From Macrostomum lignano (lineage: Eukaryota), in the NCBI GenBank assembly GCA_002269645.1, contig NIVC01003976.1:2949-66948 (forward strand): DNA of 64,000 nucleotides. The letters run 5' to 3'. This document shows positions 60,546 through 64,000 of this stretch, piece by piece; positions within the stretch are counted from its first letter, which is position 1, and each line of letters opens with the position of its first letter. The notes beneath the pieces are model-generated. The model had not been told where the DNA came from. It did no database searches and saw only the letters and a list, made by a program, of their open reading frames with translations. Position numbers and translations under genes: made by a program.

Positions 60546-62661
60546 CATTCCTAAAGTATCTCTTTTCTTTGTAGCATTATTTGTAGTATTGCTATGTTAT
60601 AAAATCATTTTAATCCACCTGTTGCTCTCGAATAGTACACATCCAGCTAGCTGACGACTTCCTTTTTAATCAGTGGGCCAGTTATAATACTGTTTACTCT
60701 AAGCCAGTGGCAGCCTCGCCCCCACAGGGCGTGGCCGTTTAGTTCCGCGTTCGTGCACAACAGGTAGAAAAAATGCAAACCAACCAATCCGTGTCTTCGA
60801 GTTCCGAGTGCGGACTCAGAAAAAAGAAGAGATTTCATCTGATAAGAGCGAGCAGTTCAGGTTCTTCATCTTTTATCCACTGAAGTGTAACGCGCTACGG
60901 AAACTGCGAGCAGGACACCTTGAAATCTGGAGTATAATAAGTACATTATAGTTCATTACAGTACCGAAATCTGGGTTTTGAAGATTTTCTATTGTCATGA
61001 ATTCTGACAGGAGGCCTGGCGTTTATCGATCGCTGTCAACCAGGTCGAGGGACGGAGCGCTCAGTGAGTTTAATTATTTCGAGTTGATTCTATGCTTATA
61101 ATTTAGATTCCCTTAAAATTTATTGCTGAAAAACAAGGTTTACTTAATATTCGCACTGGTGTTTAAATTAGCTACTCCCGATCGTCACTGCGATTATATT
61201 GTGTATCTTCATCTTCGCGTATTACTCTTAAAAAACACTTATTTGGGAATTGCCTTAAAATTATCTTAGAAATACATGTAATTAGATTAAATTTAATTTG
61301 TAATAAAAAAAGCACGAATCTCAGCGCATTTTAACATGTCTTTTATATAATTTAGTCCTTTAGAAAAAAATTAAGCATTCAAAAATATGAATAGGTTGTA
61401 TTTAATTTGTTCATCGTTAAAACAAAGAGAAATAACTAAAGTTAAAAAATATGAGGGAAACTGTCTTTAACGTAGCTACAGTATGCATGTGCTTATAAAT
61501 ATGTATTAAAGTGCACAAAATACATGTAGCTAGTAAACATTAACAAGTGTGGATATCAAAGTACATTTCTTTCTTAGCAAAAATATTCCTAAACTTTGGT
61601 CAACTGCAAAGTTAATTTGCAAGAATATTGTAAAGATGTTATCACTGTAGTGTAAAATATTATTACATACAGGAACTTGCAATATTGAAGAAAAATCTAA
61701 TAAAGACAGAAGTGAGTAAAAATATACATTCCTAGAAATTGACTAGATTGAGAAGAGAGAATAAATCACTAAAGCGGATCAAAAAACTTGGAAAATAGGC
61801 ATATTTTGAATTTTAAGGTAAGAAAATTCCTTAAAAAGGAAATTCGCAATCAACTTTTTGATATGATGAATATAATTATAATGAAGTTCAAAGTATTTTT
61901 TTAAAGATTTTAGGCAGAATTAATTAAACAGTAAAAAATTAAACAGAAAAAATAGTAACTTCTTGATACTCTACTCACTGGAGTAGTACAATAAAAATTC
62001 GTTAAGTTTATGCATGTTTCCCGGTTGCTTTCAGGGCCTCGTTGATGAGGAAGAAATTCACTCGATGGGGCTTTTAAAAAGGGGGTATAAGTTGGGATCG
62101 ACATGCGCGCCAAGATCTCAGCTGTCATACTTCATATTTCTATCGATTTTTCTATAAAACCTCGCATGCATATACATGTATGCCATTGCTGTTCAAAGTT
62201 TTTAATGGTCTTCCATTACGATAATGAGTATTTTATGACAAAAAACCACTCAATTTTGTTAAAAAGCCATCGCTATCCAGAAACACACACACACGCACAT
62301 ACACACACCGGTCCCCCACTCTCCTGCATGGCTACCGCTGCGGCGCTACCCTTTTATACTTAAGCCTGTTAGTAAGCTTTGTGATTTAACTCCCCTAGCC
62401 TAATTTCTCAGTCATACTCTATCTATCTTGCCTACTACCTTAGCTATACCTTCCTAATTATCTGAGCTAATTATACTTGTAATTCACGATTCGGCCAGAT
62501 GTTTTCCACCAAAGTTGTTTCTTTATCTACATGAACTTTGTCTTTATTCGGCTACTTCTGCTATTGTCCATCTACCTTACCTACGATCTACATGTACCCC
62601 TATACCCTAGCTACTCTACCTACCTTACCTACTCGGCTCTACCTAACCTTACCTACTCTAC

Positions 62662-63539
62662 CTACGTGGCAAAGTAAGAGAATGGATCAGCGCATTCACA
62701 GGCCCCATTAAACTCGTACCAATCGGATCTGTCATACAGTTCTGAGTTATAAATCCTGGCTCGCAGCACCGTTTTGTTGCCTTCGTTGGGCTCGCCAGCG
62801 TTCCACAATCCGCCGCTGCCAGCCTTCAGGAGCGGCAGCGGCCAGTCGCAGTCCGCCCACACCCAGCTGCTGTTGCCCAAACTGACGGCACCAACCCAGA
62901 TCTGCTGGCTGGCGTTATAGACAGTCAGGCCAGTTGACTCCCTCACATCCTGGAGCTCCTCGACGCTGCTCAGGTCGGCGAGCTTCGTCAGCGGCATGGC
63001 GGACCCGTCCGAGGTGGTCAGGAAGCTCCGGCAGCTGACGGCCTGAGCGCTCCAGTTGGCCACCAGCCCGCTCCCAGCAGCCTTGTACAGCGAGCCCTTG
63101 AAGCGGCTGCCGCTGACGCCAGGCACCCAGCGATAGTCGACGGGACAGAGTCGGCCCGGCTCGAGACCCTCCGACTGCTTGACGAAGACTCGAAGCCTCC
63201 TGCTGAGGCAGCGCCGCCGCTCCACGAGCCGGGATCGAGCAGCAGCTGCGAGCTGCAGGCGTCGAAGGCGAACAGCAGGCAGAGCTGCCGGTCTGAGGAG
63301 GCAGCAGCTTCCATGGCGAAGGCTCTGCATCTCGGAGCCGCTCCGCAGCGAAGCGCACAGGCCGCGGTGTCAAGGTCGAGCAGCTGGTAGTGAGCTGGGG
63401 ACACGCAGTTCGAGGTGAGGATCGGGTGGAAGGCGACTCGCTGCCTGCAGCAGCTCAAGGGGCGGCTCAACAGCGGCAGCAGCAGTATCAATCTTAAAAT
63501 GATGAAGCTCTTTGGTTCCCGGTTGAGTAGCATCATCAT
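62662..63539 (-). CDS. Secreted PAN/apple-like and C-type lectin domain protein (single exon, one frameshift)
   Basis: Hydrophobic leader (FIILRLILLLPLL). CALRCGAAPRCRAF..CLL (PAN-like). After a shift near 63195-63200: CP.DY, CRS..LADLSSVEE, IWVG, WVW, LWNAGEPN, CEC (C-type lectin). Confidence 0.8.
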
Positions 63540-63815
63540 TAAGAGCTTTGGAATCGGTTGAATTCACTTGATGCAGGCTCTGGATAATTATAGCAGATAA
63601 TAAGTGTGAGCTTTTGGAAATTTACTTTTAGGACTTCCAATAACAGCGATACTATCTCTATAGTTACTGGCTATAATATAGAAGACTATATAGCAAGAGA
63701 TACCACAGCTCCCGATGCTCACTGGTAGCTGGCCAATGATTTGCATCCACATCATCATCTATCACATCCATACAATCTAATGACCGTATTGCAGATGCGC
63801 ATCAGTAAGACTTAC

Positions 63816-64000
63816 TTCTCAGCAAGTTGAAACGCAATTACATGTATAAACTCACGATATTTGAAAAGTATACGCGCTGAGTTAGTGAGCCATTTCTCTC
63901 GATCGCAGATGCAAGTTACGCAACCGGAATTCTTGGCCGTTGATGCTGATGATGAACTTTGTTTGCACTCCGCATGTTGTCTTCCAGGACGCCTCCTCAA
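63816..64000 (-). CDS. Possible exon of a neighbouring gene entering from the right
   Basis: Open frame ending at a strong donor AA|gtaagt at 63815. No recognisable domain. Confidence 0.3.

Noticed and set aside
60640-60935. Minus-strand exon after a ctccag| acceptor
   Set aside because: All three frames hit stops within about 20 codons and no domain is recognisable.

Overview
Eukaryotic (invertebrate animal) genomic DNA, not prokaryotic. It has GT-AG spliced genes, (TTAGGG)n tracts and dense 20-37 bp minisatellites. The overall style suggests a flatworm such as Macrostomum, which is inference only. Host genes, assembled by hand from splice sites and reading phase: (1) an NR2E-subfamily (PNR-like) nuclear receptor on the minus strand, with exons at 9008-866 and running off the left edge; (2) an unidentified Ser-rich, low-complexity gene on the minus strand (41633-36115); (3) a complete 7-exon dynactin subunit 2 gene (DCTN2/p50 dynamitin, 42095-56791), head-to-head with gene 2; (4) a secreted PAN/apple plus C-type lectin gene (63539-62662). 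Mobile DNA: a decayed Ty3/Gypsy pol fragment, a Mutator-type MITE (9-bp TSD), a Sola1-type non-autonomous element (AAAT TSD), Helitron-like 3' ends, a repeat with a tRNA-like head, and hammerhead-like motifs. The most striking element sits in DCTN2 intron 1. It is 6.9 kb with hAT-type ends (15-bp TIR, 8-bp TSD), yet its only recognisable coding content is a Sola2-like DDD transposase followed by a PHD finger. Five coding frameshifts, all consistent with one missing base, suggest assembly errors rather than true pseudogenes. Most long ORFs in the supplied track are artefacts of tandem repeats. No tRNA, rRNA or CRISPR array was found.
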